Below, one piece after another: positions 40,370 to 53,827 of a stretch of DNA of 64,000 nt; positions within the stretch are counted from its first letter, which is position 1, and each line of letters opens with the position of its first letter. Below the pieces are notes generated by a model. That model did not search any database. It was given only the letters and a program-made list of their open reading frames with translations, and was not told the DNA's origin. A program made the position numbers and the translations under genes. The stretch comes from an uncultured Alcaligenaceae bacterium (GTDB lineage: Bacteria > Pseudomonadota > Gammaproteobacteria > Burkholderiales > Burkholderiaceae_B), in NCBI GenBank assembly GCA_937995985.1, contig CALKIR010000023.1, positions 116,466 through 180,465 of the forward strand. The letters are read 5' to 3'.

Positions 40370-41320
40370 GTGACAGAACGATCTGAACAGCATCACAACA
40401 TTACCTTACCTTTAGTGCGTTTGCGGTGGTTACAAGAAATGGGAGTACCACCAGCATTGTTGCGTCCTTATGCTCCTCACAAATCTGGGGCTGAGGGGGC
40501 TGCACCGGTAATGGAACAGGGCTCCAAGCAAGTTGAATCCCAGTCGGCCTCGGGTTCAGGACGGGCTCTGTTTCAGCAAATGCTGCAGGCGATGGGAGCC
40601 TCAAGTGCTTCAGCACGAGCAGCTCAGCCCTTGGTTAAAAAAGAAGCGGAGCGCGTTCCTGCGCCTCCCCCTCCTTCGATCACGGCGCATGGGGCACCTG
40701 GGCAAGTTGTGCAGGATGTGCCCAAAGAAGCTGCTCCGGAAGTCTCTCATTCAACCTTTGCGCAGTGGCAGCAAAATTTACAGGCCTGTCGGGCATGTCC
40801 TCGGTGTGAGGAGCGCACAGAGGTATTGATAGGGATAGGGGTGCAGCATTCTCCTGATTGGTTTGTTTTAGGGGGGGTGCCCACCCGTCAAGATGAGGCC
40901 GCAGGTCGCATTTGGAGCGCTTCTTCTGGACGCTTGTTGGCCGCACAGTTACGCAGTATAGGGTTGAATGTGCGTCAGCAGGTTTATTTGAGTTATGCTC
41001 TCAAGTGCCGTTCCAACCACCCTCAACCAAGTGCGGAGAGTTTGGCTGCTTGCCGTGAAGTATTTTTACACGAGCTGTATTGGGTGCAGCCTAAAGCCTT
41101 GTTGGTACTGGGGGCTGCTGCGGCACACATGCTTTGGGGGGCAGAGGCACGTTTTAATGAGCGCCGTGGGCAGTTGCAGCAATGGACAGATCCTCAGGGG
41201 CGTGATTGGCCCGTAGTGGTCACGGTTGATCCGACCGATTTATTATTGCGCCCTCAGCAAAAGGCCCGTGCGTGGCGAGATTTACTAGTTGTACGGCAGT
41301 GGATGAGCAGCCCGCGTTAG
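40370..41320 (+). CDS. uracil-DNA glycosylase superfamily protein (family-4-like Fe-S type) with ~140-aa N-terminal extension
   Basis: The C-terminal domain has CRACPRC, KCR and ACR cysteines with family-4 spacing. The motif A and motif B positions are divergent (GGVPT, VDPTDLLLRP). The start is GTG. Confidence 0.75.
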   Translation: MTERSEQHHNITLPLVRLRWLQEMGVPPALLRPYAPHKSGAEGAAPVMEQGSKQVESQSASGSGRALFQQMLQAMGASSASARAAQPLVKKEAERVPAPPPPSITAHGAPGQVVQDVPKEAAPEVSHSTFAQWQQNLQACRACPRCEERTEVLIGIGVQHSPDWFVLGGVPTRQDEAAGRIWSASSGRLLAAQLRSIGLNVRQQVYLSYALKCRSNHPQPSAESLAACREVFLHELYWVQPKALLVLGAAAAHMLWGAEARFNERRGQLQQWTDPQGRDWPVVVTVDPTDLLLRPQQKARAWRDLLVVRQWMSSPR

Positions 41321-41329
41321 GCTGCTCTT

Positions 41330-42646
41330 CTAAGGATTATCCTCATGTAGAGCTGTTCCATAGCCTTTTTGACCGATGAGTTGAGGTAAATTTGGGTTGA
41401 CTTTGTGATTGTGGCGGTTCCACAAAATAAATACCAACATCAGTACGGTAACGAGTAGGCCAAAGAAAACAATAATGACATAGATGGAAATATCCAGCCA
41501 CAGCATCAGACTGTAGAGGCCAAGCATAAAGAGGATATTGGATTGTTCATTAAAATTTTGTACAGCAATAGAGTGTCCGGCTGATAGCAGTACATGGCCT
41601 CGGTGTTGCAGTAAGGCATTCATGGGGACAACAAAATAGCCAGAAAGCCCGCCAATTACTACCAATAAGGTATACACTGCCCAAGTGCTTTGGACTATAA
41701 GCATAAACAGTACCATCAGCCCCATGACCGCGCCCATAGGCAAGACAGTCAGTGCGCGACGCAGAGGAACACGGCCGGCTAACCATGCTCCGATGACGGT
41801 ACCAAAAGCGGTCACCCCCATAAGAATAGAGGACTGATCCAGTCTATACCCTAAGTGCTCTGCGCCCCATTCTATAACAATGAGTTGTAACGTAGCGCCC
41901 ACGCCCCAAAAAAGCGTGGTAACAGCTAAAGAGATCTGTCCTAATTTGTCCTTCCAAAGAATAACCACATAGCGCCTAAAGGTATTGAGTAGGACCAAGG
42001 GGCGTGTTTCTTGTTTAGGATAGACCATTCCTGTTTTTGGAATCATCAAATTGAATAAGGCTGCGGCCAAATAGACTAAAGCAATGACAAGAATGGCTGC
42101 TTCAGCTCTGTTGTCGGCTATTTGTGACATGCCTATTTCATGCATGAGAAAGTAGGATACGTCGGGATGAATGAGTACCCCTCCAAGCACGGTGCCTACA
42201 ATAATGGACAAAACGGTGAGCCCTTCGATCCAACTATTACCTTTGACCAATAGCTCTGGTTTGAGCATTTCAGTGATAATGCCGTATTTAGCAGGAGAAT
42301 ATGCAGCAGCACCGATGCCTACTAAAGTATAGGCAACGAAGACCCAAGTGAGCTGCCCATCTGCTGAACTCGCCAAAAAGGTGACCAAAAACATTAAAAT
42401 ACAGCCAATAAACTTGACTGCATTTGTGCTAAACATGACGCGCCCTTTTGGAAAGGAGTCTGCAAAGGCCCCAACAAAGGCAGCCAGCACTACATAGGCA
42501 AGGGCAAACCACCACTTCATAAGGGGAACCATCCAGTCAGGGCCATGCAAGTCATCAATCAAAGCGATGGCAGCGATCAATAGGGCGTTATCCGCCACTG
42601 ATGAAAGGGCCTGAGCGGCCATCACTAGGTAAAAGCCTCGGTTCAA
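41330..42646 (-). CDS. lplT: lysophospholipid transporter LplT (MFS)
   Basis: 438 aa with about 12 TM helices. The N-terminus MNRGFYLVMAAQALSSVADNALLIAAIAL is typical of LplT. Confidence 0.8.
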   Translation of the reverse strand: MNRGFYLVMAAQALSSVADNALLIAAIALIDDLHGPDWMVPLMKWWFALAYVVLAAFVGAFADSFPKGRVMFSTNAVKFIGCILMFLVTFLASSADGQLTWVFVAYTLVGIGAAAYSPAKYGIITEMLKPELLVKGNSWIEGLTVLSIIVGTVLGGVLIHPDVSYFLMHEIGMSQIADNRAEAAILVIALVYLAAALFNLMIPKTGMVYPKQETRPLVLLNTFRRYVVILWKDKLGQISLAVTTLFWGVGATLQLIVIEWGAEHLGYRLDQSSILMGVTAFGTVIGAWLAGRVPLRRALTVLPMGAVMGLMVLFMLIVQSTWAVYTLLVVIGGLSGYFVVPMNALLQHRGHVLLSAGHSIAVQNFNEQSNILFMLGLYSLMLWLDISIYVIIVFFGLLVTVLMLVFILWNRHNHKVNPNLPQLIGQKGYGTALHEDNP

Positions 42647-42906
42647 TGTATTTGCTCGGTAAAGATTAGTAAAGAAAATTCACAGACACCTGCGCGGTAA
42701 GGCCGCTAGGCTTACAATAGCAGCGCACAAATGACACAGACTTGATTGCTATAGAAATGTTCAAGCCACTAAAAATCATAGCGTAAAAATGAAAACATTG
42801 TAGAACAAATCAGTTTTGAAGTACTTTGTTAGCCTTAGGGCAGCGAATTTAGGAGCAGATTACTGCAATTAAGAACCATCCATATCGTTTAACTACACTA
42901 TTAACA

Positions 42907-45900
42907 GTGCGACTTGTACAGATAAAACTTGCCGGGTTTAAGTCTTTTGTAGACCCAACAATCATTAAAACACCCAGTCAGATGGTGGGCGTTGTGGGCC
43001 CTAATGGCTGTGGAAAATCGAATATTATCGATGCGGTGCGGTGGGTGCTCGGGGAAAGTCGTGCATCCGAATTGCGTGGCGAGTCGATGCATGATGTGAT
43101 ATTTAATGGTTCAGATCAGCGTGCTCCTGCTGCACGTGCTTCAGTAGAACTGATTTTTGATAACAGTCAGCAACGGATAACAGGACAGTGGGGAGCCTAT
43201 AGTGAGTTATCCGTACGTCGTACGCTGGCTCGTGATGAGGGCAGTCGGTATTTTATTAATAACCAACAAGTTCGGCGTCGGGATATTCATGATATTTTTC
43301 TGGGTACTGGGTTAGGAGCAAAGGGTTATGCCATCATTGGTCAAGGAATGATCAATAGGTTGATCGAGGCCCGTCCAGAGGAGTTGCGGGTCTATCTCGA
43401 AGAAGCCGCTGGAGTGTCTCGTTATAAAGAACGGCGCAGGGAAACTGAAAATCGGTTGCGTGATACGCATGAAAACTTAACGCGTCTTGATGATTTATTA
43501 CAGGAAATAGAGGGGCAGTTAAAGCGCTTACATAAGCAAGCCATACAGGCTCAGCGCTACCAAGAGTTACAAGCGCTAGGACGAAGCAGTCTACATGCTC
43601 TATGGCGTTTAGAGCAGCGCCAAGCGCTTGAGGAGCAGCAGGCCCACCAGCAGCAGCTCCAGGAGTTGGAGCTGGGGGTGCAACAGAGGGTTAGTCGTTT
43701 GCGTGCAGTACAGGCGCGTTTGGAAGAGCAGCGTCAGCAATTTCACGCTGCGGAACAGCGTGTGCACGACGCTCAAGCGGCTCTATATGAGGCGAATACA
43801 GTGGTGAGCACCTTACAGGCTGAGGTGCGTTATATGGAGGCCAGCCAGCACCGTTCGGTGCAGCGTCGTCAACAAATTGAGCAGCAGTTGGCACATTGGC
43901 AAGCGCAGCAGCAACGGGCACAAGAACAGGAACATAGTCTAGATGTAGAGCGGGCACAAGCACAGTTAGAGCTTGAGGAGGTCAGTGCTCGTTTGGAACA
44001 TATTGAGATTGAGTTGCAGCATCATGAAGAGCTGCTGTATAGCCATCAAGCGCAACGCGAAGAGCAGCGCTCCATGATGCACCGAGAAGAGCAGCGCTTG
44101 GCTTTATTGCAGCAACGCCAGCAAGATAGTGAGCGTGAGGTGCAGGCATTACAAGCACGTAAGCAGCAATTAGAGGCACAGCGGGCAGAGCAGTTAGATC
44201 CCGCTGCTGATGGTGAGCAAAGTTTGGAGTATTTGGCTGATGCCGTTCAGCATGCTCAGCAGCAGTTTAAGGAGTTACACGCACGTATTACCTCTTGGGA
44301 GGAGCAGCTCCCGGAGTATCAACAGGCTGTGCAGGATGCAGAGGAGCAGCGCTTGAAGCAACAACAACAAGAGACAGCGCTTCAAGAGCGCCTTCATGCG
44401 TTACAAGAGATTCAACAGCAGTGGGCTACGCCGTCGCAGCAGCAACAGTGGTTAGAGCGTTATCAGCTACAGGCATTGCAACAGTTGTGGCCTTTATTGT
44501 ATGTAGAAAAAGGCTGGGAGACTGCTGTTGAAGCCTTGTTGCGCGAGCAGATAGGTGCTTATTTATTGCCTTACTCTATTGCTGAAGATGCCGAACGGTT
44601 GCGCACCCTTGATTTGAATCCGCCTTTGCGAGTGCATTTTTGGTGGCCGGTGAGCGGGGGCCATTGGCAGGCACAGAGCTGGAAAGGGTGTCAACCGCTG
44701 CTCTCTTATGTGCGCAGTACGCACGCGCAGGTACAGGCATTGCTTTCTGTGGTTTTGCGAGAGGTATGGGTTATAGATGATTGGTCTAAAGGGTTGGAGC
44801 TGGCTGTGCAGCTCCCTGCTGAGGGCAGCTTGGTGCACCCTTTGGGGCATATTATTACCCCTTATGGGGTGTGCTTATACGCGCCTCATGATACACAGGC
44901 AGGTGCACTAGGGCGGCAGCAAGAATTGCAGCGCTTAGAAAAAGCAGTTCAGGCAGAGCGTATTCATACCGAGCAAATAGAACAGCAGCTGCAAGAGCGC
45001 GCCATGCGTTTGGAGCAGACTCAGCAACAGCTACAGCAGGCGCGTCAACGAGCGCAGGAGCTTTCTGATTATTGGCATCAGTTAGAGTTAAAACAGGCGC
45101 GTGCCGAGCAGCGCTCGCAACAGCTCAAAGAGCGGCAGCAATACTTAGATACGGAGTATCAGCGGGTGCAGGAACAGCTCAGTGCTCTTCTGGCTCAGCA
45201 AGAGGAGCGTGCCTGTGAGCTTGAGGTGCTTGAGGCGATTGTAGAAGAAGCTCGTCTACATTTTGTGACGTTGGATGAGCGTTGTAGTGAGTTAAATGCT
45301 CAAGTTCATGAGTTACGGGCGCAATTACGCCGTTGTGAGCATGCTGTCCATACATGTCAGCAAAAAGAAAGTACGTATCAAGAGCGTGTGCGTGCCCTGC
45401 AAAGCACTGCTTTGCAGGCTGAAGAGCAAATAGCTACTTTGCAGAGGGAGCTAAGACAGTTGCAAGCAGAGCTCGTAGACTTAGACCCCCATAGCATACA
45501 GGCACAGCTTGAAGCCGCAGTGCTGCAACGACAAGAACAAGAAGAGCGTTGGCAACAGGCTCAAGCCCAATTAAAAGGGCAGCAAGAGGCTGTGCAACAG
45601 CTTGAAGCTGAGGAAAAAGAGTATGCCCAAGGGGTTGGCCCTTTGCGGGAGCAAATTGCCACATTGCAATTGCAAGAGCAAGAAAAGCGCCTGCGTGCAG
45701 AGCAATTTACCCAGCAGCTGCAGGCTCATGAGGTGGACCTAGAGGCGCTTGATGAGTGGATTGCACAGCAGCCCGAGCACTGGCAGGACAACGCATGGTT
45801 AAATAGTGAAATTAAGCGGATACAACGCGCCATTGATGCGATGGGGGCAGTTAATTTGGCGGCTTTGCAAGAGTTGGAAAGCACTCAGGAAAGAGAACGT

Positions 45901-46455
45901 TATTTGTTGGCGCAACAAGAAGATTTATTAAAGGCAATTGATACATTAGAAAATGCGATTCGGAAAATTGATCGGGATACCCGATCCTTGTTAATGCATA
46001 CTTTTGAGCAGGTAAACCTTCATTTTGGGAATTTATTCCCACAGCTTTTTGGCGGGGGCGAAGCAAAACTCGTTATGATGGGTGATGAGGTGCTCGAGGC
46101 GGGCGTGCAAGTGCTGGCGCGTCCCCCTGGCAAGCGGAATAGCACCATTGCATTATTATCAGGTGGTGAAAAGGCTTTGACTGCTATTGCATTGGTATTT
46201 GCCTTTTTTAAGCTTAATCCAGCTCCTTTTTGTATGTTGGATGAGGTTGATGCACCCTTAGATGATGTGAATGCAGAACGCTATGCCACATTGGTTCGGG
46301 GAATGAGCACAGAAACACAGTTTTTATTTGTCACCCATAATAAAATAACAATGCATCACGCTGAGCATTTAATTGGGGTTACCATGCAAGAGCAGGGGGT
46401 CTCGCGTATTGTCTCGGTTGATATGCAAGCTGCAACAGCGCTTGCTGAGGTCTAA
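42907..46455 (+). CDS. smc: chromosome segregation protein SMC
   Basis: Walker A GPNGCGKSNIIDA, long Q/E/R-rich coiled coils with a central hinge, signature LSGGEKALTAIALVF and Walker B CMLDEVDAPLD. The start is GTG. Confidence 0.95.
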   Translation: MRLVQIKLAGFKSFVDPTIIKTPSQMVGVVGPNGCGKSNIIDAVRWVLGESRASELRGESMHDVIFNGSDQRAPAARASVELIFDNSQQRITGQWGAYSELSVRRTLARDEGSRYFINNQQVRRRDIHDIFLGTGLGAKGYAIIGQGMINRLIEARPEELRVYLEEAAGVSRYKERRRETENRLRDTHENLTRLDDLLQEIEGQLKRLHKQAIQAQRYQELQALGRSSLHALWRLEQRQALEEQQAHQQQLQELELGVQQRVSRLRAVQARLEEQRQQFHAAEQRVHDAQAALYEANTVVSTLQAEVRYMEASQHRSVQRRQQIEQQLAHWQAQQQRAQEQEHSLDVERAQAQLELEEVSARLEHIEIELQHHEELLYSHQAQREEQRSMMHREEQRLALLQQRQQDSEREVQALQARKQQLEAQRAEQLDPAADGEQSLEYLADAVQHAQQQFKELHARITSWEEQLPEYQQAVQDAEEQRLKQQQQETALQERLHALQEIQQQWATPSQQQQWLERYQLQALQQLWPLLYVEKGWETAVEALLREQIGAYLLPYSIAEDAERLRTLDLNPPLRVHFWWPVSGGHWQAQSWKGCQPLLSYVRSTHAQVQALLSVVLREVWVIDDWSKGLELAVQLPAEGSLVHPLGHIITPYGVCLYAPHDTQAGALGRQQELQRLEKAVQAERIHTEQIEQQLQERAMRLEQTQQQLQQARQRAQELSDYWHQLELKQARAEQRSQQLKERQQYLDTEYQRVQEQLSALLAQQEERACELEVLEAIVEEARLHFVTLDERCSELNAQVHELRAQLRRCEHAVHTCQQKESTYQERVRALQSTALQAEEQIATLQRELRQLQAELVDLDPHSIQAQLEAAVLQRQEQEERWQQAQAQLKGQQEAVQQLEAEEKEYAQGVGPLREQIATLQLQEQEKRLRAEQFTQQLQAHEVDLEALDEWIAQQPEHWQDNAWLNSEIKRIQRAIDAMGAVNLAALQELESTQERERYLLAQQEDLLKAIDTLENAIRKIDRDTRSLLMHTFEQVNLHFGNLFPQLFGGGEAKLVMMGDEVLEAGVQVLARPPGKRNSTIALLSGGEKALTAIALVFAFFKLNPAPFCMLDEVDAPLDDVNAERYATLVRGMSTETQFLFVTHNKITMHHAEHLIGVTMQEQGVSRIVSVDMQAATALAEV

Positions 46456-46505
46456 TGTGGCGAGGGTGCAAAATTTACAGGGTGTTTTTACATGGGTCTT
46501 GAGCT

Positions 46506-50355
<3,850 letters not shown>

Positions 50356-50376
50356 GGGAATCCTTTATAAAAGTAA

Positions 50377-50643
50377 TTAGGACAAAATCTCGATTGCTAG
50401 GGCATGGATAGGGAAAGGAATGAGATCACCAACCTGAGCATAAATGAGCCGATGACAGGTTAAAGTGTTTTTCCCTTTGAATTGCTCTGAAGCAATACGA
50501 AGACGGAAGTGACTGGCCCCATCTTTTGCACCAGCGTGGCCAATATGATGATGCGATTCATCGATGACCTCAAGAGTGGTTGGGGCAAGGGGCTGCAGAC
50601 GGTTTTTAAGCAGTTGAATGCGTTCTTCTACAACTTTAGGCAT
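50377..50643 (-). CDS. BolA family protein
   Basis: 88 aa with the pattern EVIDESHHHIGHAG...HFRLRIASEQFKG...HRLIY. Confidence 0.88.
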   Translation of the reverse strand: MPKVVEERIQLLKNRLQPLAPTTLEVIDESHHHIGHAGAKDGASHFRLRIASEQFKGKNTLTCHRLIYAQVGDLIPFPIHALAIEILS

Positions 50644-50756
50644 AAGTAACTATTCATGATGAATGAAACACGCTCAGAATACACTTAAAGCGTGGTCTAA
50701 GGAAAACAAAAAATGCAAATTTAATGGGTATGAAGCAGTACTGAAGGGAGAAGTGT

Positions 50757-51308
50757 TTAGCTGGTTGGAGGCTCGTCTTTTAGATAGCGCGCTAGCCATA
50801 GGCTTTGAATAATGACAAATAGAATTAATAAAATCAGGGAACCAAAGACTTTAAAATTGACCCATTGTGATTCAGTAAAGTAGCCGGAAAAAGCAACGAA
50901 TAAATTAGCAGCGCCTGAAAAGGCAAAAAAACCTGCCCAGCTGTAATTGAGCTTTTTCCATACTGCCTCTGGAAGGGAGATTTGCCCCCCCATAAGTCGC
51001 ATCATAATATTGCGCTCTAGCAGCAATTGGCTCAGGAGTAAAATGACAGCGAAAAGCCAATACAGCACTGTAGGCTTCCACTTAATAAAGGCATCATTTT
51101 GAAAGACCAAAGTGGCGGTTCCAAAGACCACAATAACCCCAAGGTTTATCCAGTGTGTGGTTTCTATAGTGCGCTGGCGCAGTTTCAGCCATAAAATTTG
51201 AGCCACTACTGCAGCCATTGCAACGCCAGTAGCGACGTAGAGATCAAAGGAGCGAAAAGCAAGAAAAAATAAAATGAGGGGAAATAAGTCAAAAAGAAGT
51301 TTTTTCAT
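50757..51308 (-). CDS. yciB: intracellular septation protein A (YciB/IspZ)
   Basis: 183 aa with five TM helices. The N-terminus MKKLLFDLFPLILFFLAF is typical of YciB. Confidence 0.88.
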   Translation of the reverse strand: MKKLLFDLFPLILFFLAFRSFDLYVATGVAMAAVVAQILWLKLRQRTIETTHWINLGVIVVFGTATLVFQNDAFIKWKPTVLYWLFAVILLLSQLLLERNIMMRLMGGQISLPEAVWKKLNYSWAGFFAFSGAANLFVAFSGYFTESQWVNFKVFGSLILLILFVIIQSLWLARYLKDEPPTS

Positions 51309-51491
51309 GGTTGGGGAGCATTTCTCTTGATAAGCAATAGGGTGGGTTGGGAAAGCATATTATTGTAATCGAAATAAGGCCACGCTTGAATCATAACAGG
51401 GGTAAGCACCTAAAGACGGGTCTTTTCAGGTAGGGCATAATACATGCCGCAAGGAGCATATTTTAATCATCAAACTTTTGGGAGATCCATT

Positions 51492-52670
51492 ATGCGGCCT
51501 TTTGCTTTTTTGAAAAAGACAATTCTGGCTGGCACGCTGGCGCTAAGCCTGCCGCTCGTCGCTCAGGCACAAATCAAGGTGGGGGTAACGGTATCCTCAA
51601 CAGGTCCGGCCGCTTCTTTAGGTATTCCCGAGCGCAATACAGTAAGTTTATTGCCTACTGAGGTAGCAGGCTATAGCGTAGAGTACATTGTTCTTGATGA
51701 TGCTACTGATACCACTCAAGCAGTACGCAATATGCGCAAGCTAGTTAGTGAGGACGGGGTGGATGTGGTTATTGGAACTTCTGCAACGCCTGGCTCTTTA
51801 GCTATGCTGGATGTAGCCCAAGAAACGGAAACCCCAATGATCAGTGTAGCCGCTAATGCGCGGATTGTGGCTCCAGTAGATGGGCCGCGTGTTTGGTCTT
51901 TTAAAACCCCACAAAATGATGAGTTAATGGCCAGTGCTTTGGCTAATACGATGGTAATCCAAGGGGTAGAAACACTGGCTGTTATTGGGTTTAACGATGC
52001 TTATGGCGATGGTTGGCTTGAGGAAATGACCAAGGCCGCAAATGCTAAGGGTATAGAGGTAGTTGCCTCTGAGCGTTATAACCGCAATGATACCTCTGTA
52101 ACAGGGCAGATTTTAAAAATACTGTCGACGAATCCTGACGGGGTATTAATTGCTGCATCAGGCACTCCGGTTGCTTTACCGCAGTCAGAGCTAGTGAATA
52201 GAGGTTATGCTGGCCGCATTTATCAGACGCACGGGGCGGCTAATAGCGATGTGCTGAGAGTATGTGGTGCCGATTGCAATGGGATGGTGCTGCCAGCCGG
52301 CCCATTATTGGTGGCAGAGCAGCTCGAGGATGATCATCCAGTAAAGCATTCCGCACTTGAGTACAAGGCCTTGTATGAGGGCAAATATGGTGAGGGGACT
52401 ATTAATACCTTTGGAGGGCATATGTGGGATGCTGGTCTTATCGTAGCCCATGCCATCCCTGTCGCTCTTGAGTCGGGTGCCGAGCCCGGAACTGTTGAGT
52501 TTCGTCATGCATTGCGTGAGGCCATAGAAAATACCACCGACTTAGCTGCCTCCCAGGGGGTATTTAATATGAGTGCAGCGGATCATTCCGGTCTAGATGA
52601 GCGTGCTCGAGTGATGGTCGAGGTGGTGGACGAGGAGTGGAAATACCGTCCTGACTTAACATCTTATTAA
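51492..52670 (+). CDS. ABC transporter substrate-binding protein, LivJ/Peripla_BP_6 type (second system)
   Basis: Signal peptide MRPFAFLKKTILAGTLALSLPLVAQA followed by QIKVGV. The ATG at 51492 is preceded by GGAGA. Confidence 0.88.
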   Translation: MRPFAFLKKTILAGTLALSLPLVAQAQIKVGVTVSSTGPAASLGIPERNTVSLLPTEVAGYSVEYIVLDDATDTTQAVRNMRKLVSEDGVDVVIGTSATPGSLAMLDVAQETETPMISVAANARIVAPVDGPRVWSFKTPQNDELMASALANTMVIQGVETLAVIGFNDAYGDGWLEEMTKAANAKGIEVVASERYNRNDTSVTGQILKILSTNPDGVLIAASGTPVALPQSELVNRGYAGRIYQTHGAANSDVLRVCGADCNGMVLPAGPLLVAEQLEDDHPVKHSALEYKALYEGKYGEGTINTFGGHMWDAGLIVAHAIPVALESGAEPGTVEFRHALREAIENTTDLAASQGVFNMSAADHSGLDERARVMVEVVDEEWKYRPDLTSY

Positions 52671-52716
52671 TCATATCAGCAGAACAATGTAATGCCCCGA
52701 GGGGAGCTCCAATAGG

Positions 52717-52757
52717 GCAAAGCGCAGCATAGGTTGCCGCGCTTTGCGCGCTTTTTT
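52717..52757 (+). terminator. intercistronic terminator-like hairpin between the SBP and permease genes
   Basis: Stem GCAAAGCGC / GCGCTTTGC followed by GCGC and TTTTTT. Confidence 0.6.
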
Positions 52758-52777
52758 GTGCTTGGATGTAATTATTC

Positions 52778-53824
52778 ATGGATGCCACTGTATTACTGAT
52801 TTTGCTACAGGACGGGTTAGTAAATGGAGCCATTTATGCTCTATTAGGGTTAGCCTTAGTGATGGTATTTGCAGTCACCCGTATCATCTTTATCCCTCAG
52901 GGTGAGTTTGTGACCTTTGGTGCCCTTACTTTGGCATTTATTATCAATGGTCGTACCCCAGGCACCTTGTGGCTATTGTTGATAGCAGGAGGACTGGTGG
53001 CGATAAAAGAAATTATCGCTACGCTGAACAGTGCATCACAAGACAAGGTCAAACGGATTGGGTGGGTGCTGATATGGGCGGTGGCGTGGCCCCTTGTGCT
53101 CATAGTGCTGAGTCCTTGGGTTATGGGCAAAAATATCCCTCTGTTTATTTCAGTGCTTTATGCGCTCGCTGTGGTTGTCCCGCTCGGTCCTATGTTATAT
53201 CGACTCGTTTATCAGCCGTTGGCAGAGGCGAGCGTATTAGTATTGCTGATTACTTCGGTAGCCTTACATTTTGCCTTGACTGGTTTAGGGCTGGTCTTTT
53301 TCGGTGCGGAAGGATGGCGCACTCCTGCCTTTATGCGGGGTCAAGTAGATTTTTTAGGCATGCTGTGGTCAGCTCAAACATTATTTGTTTTGGTTGCTTG
53401 TGCGGTTTTGATTGGGGCGCTTTGGCTATTCTTTGGTGCCACTTTATATGGGCGGGCATTACGGGCTACAGCGGTGAATCGTCGAGGTGCGCGCTTAGTG
53501 GGTATTAGTGCGCACATGTCCGGTCAAATTACATTATTTCTCGCCGCTGCTGTTGGGGCTTTTTCAGGCATGCTCATTGCGCCGGTGACTACAGTCTATT
53601 ATGACACCGGGTTTTTGATAGGCTTAAAGGGGTTTGTAGGAGCCATCATTGGCGGGTTGGCAAGCTATCCCATTACCGCTATCGGGGCTATTTTTGTCGG
53701 CATCCTCGAGGCCTTTTCTTCCTTTTGGGCGAGTCAATACAAGGAGGTTATCGTCTTTACGTTAATTATTCCTGTTTTATTGTGGCGCTCATTTGGTATG
53801 CACATCATGGATGACGAGGATTGA
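52778..53824 (+). CDS. branched-chain amino acid ABC transporter permease (LivH-like)
   Basis: 348-aa polytopic protein with a LivH-like N-terminus ([23 protein letters not shown]). Confidence 0.88.
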   Translation: MDATVLLILLQDGLVNGAIYALLGLALVMVFAVTRIIFIPQGEFVTFGALTLAFIINGRTPGTLWLLLIAGGLVAIKEIIATLNSASQDKVKRIGWVLIWAVAWPLVLIVLSPWVMGKNIPLFISVLYALAVVVPLGPMLYRLVYQPLAEASVLVLLITSVALHFALTGLGLVFFGAEGWRTPAFMRGQVDFLGMLWSAQTLFVLVACAVLIGALWLFFGATLYGRALRATAVNRRGARLVGISAHMSGQITLFLAAAVGAFSGMLIAPVTTVYYDTGFLIGLKGFVGAIIGGLASYPITAIGAIFVGILEAFSSFWASQYKEVIVFTLIIPVLLWRSFGMHIMDDED

Positions 53825-53827
53825 TTC

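Noticed and set aside
42907-46455. Extremely Gln-rich SMC coiled-coil arms (many QQQ/QQQQ runs and repetitive CAGCAG DNA).
   Set aside because: The heptad-compatible Q/E/R/L composition is expected for SMC arms. Q-richness is also seen in other proteins of this window (TsaB-RimI, UDG), so it looks like a proteome-wide bias. I saw no exact tandem DNA repeat unit.
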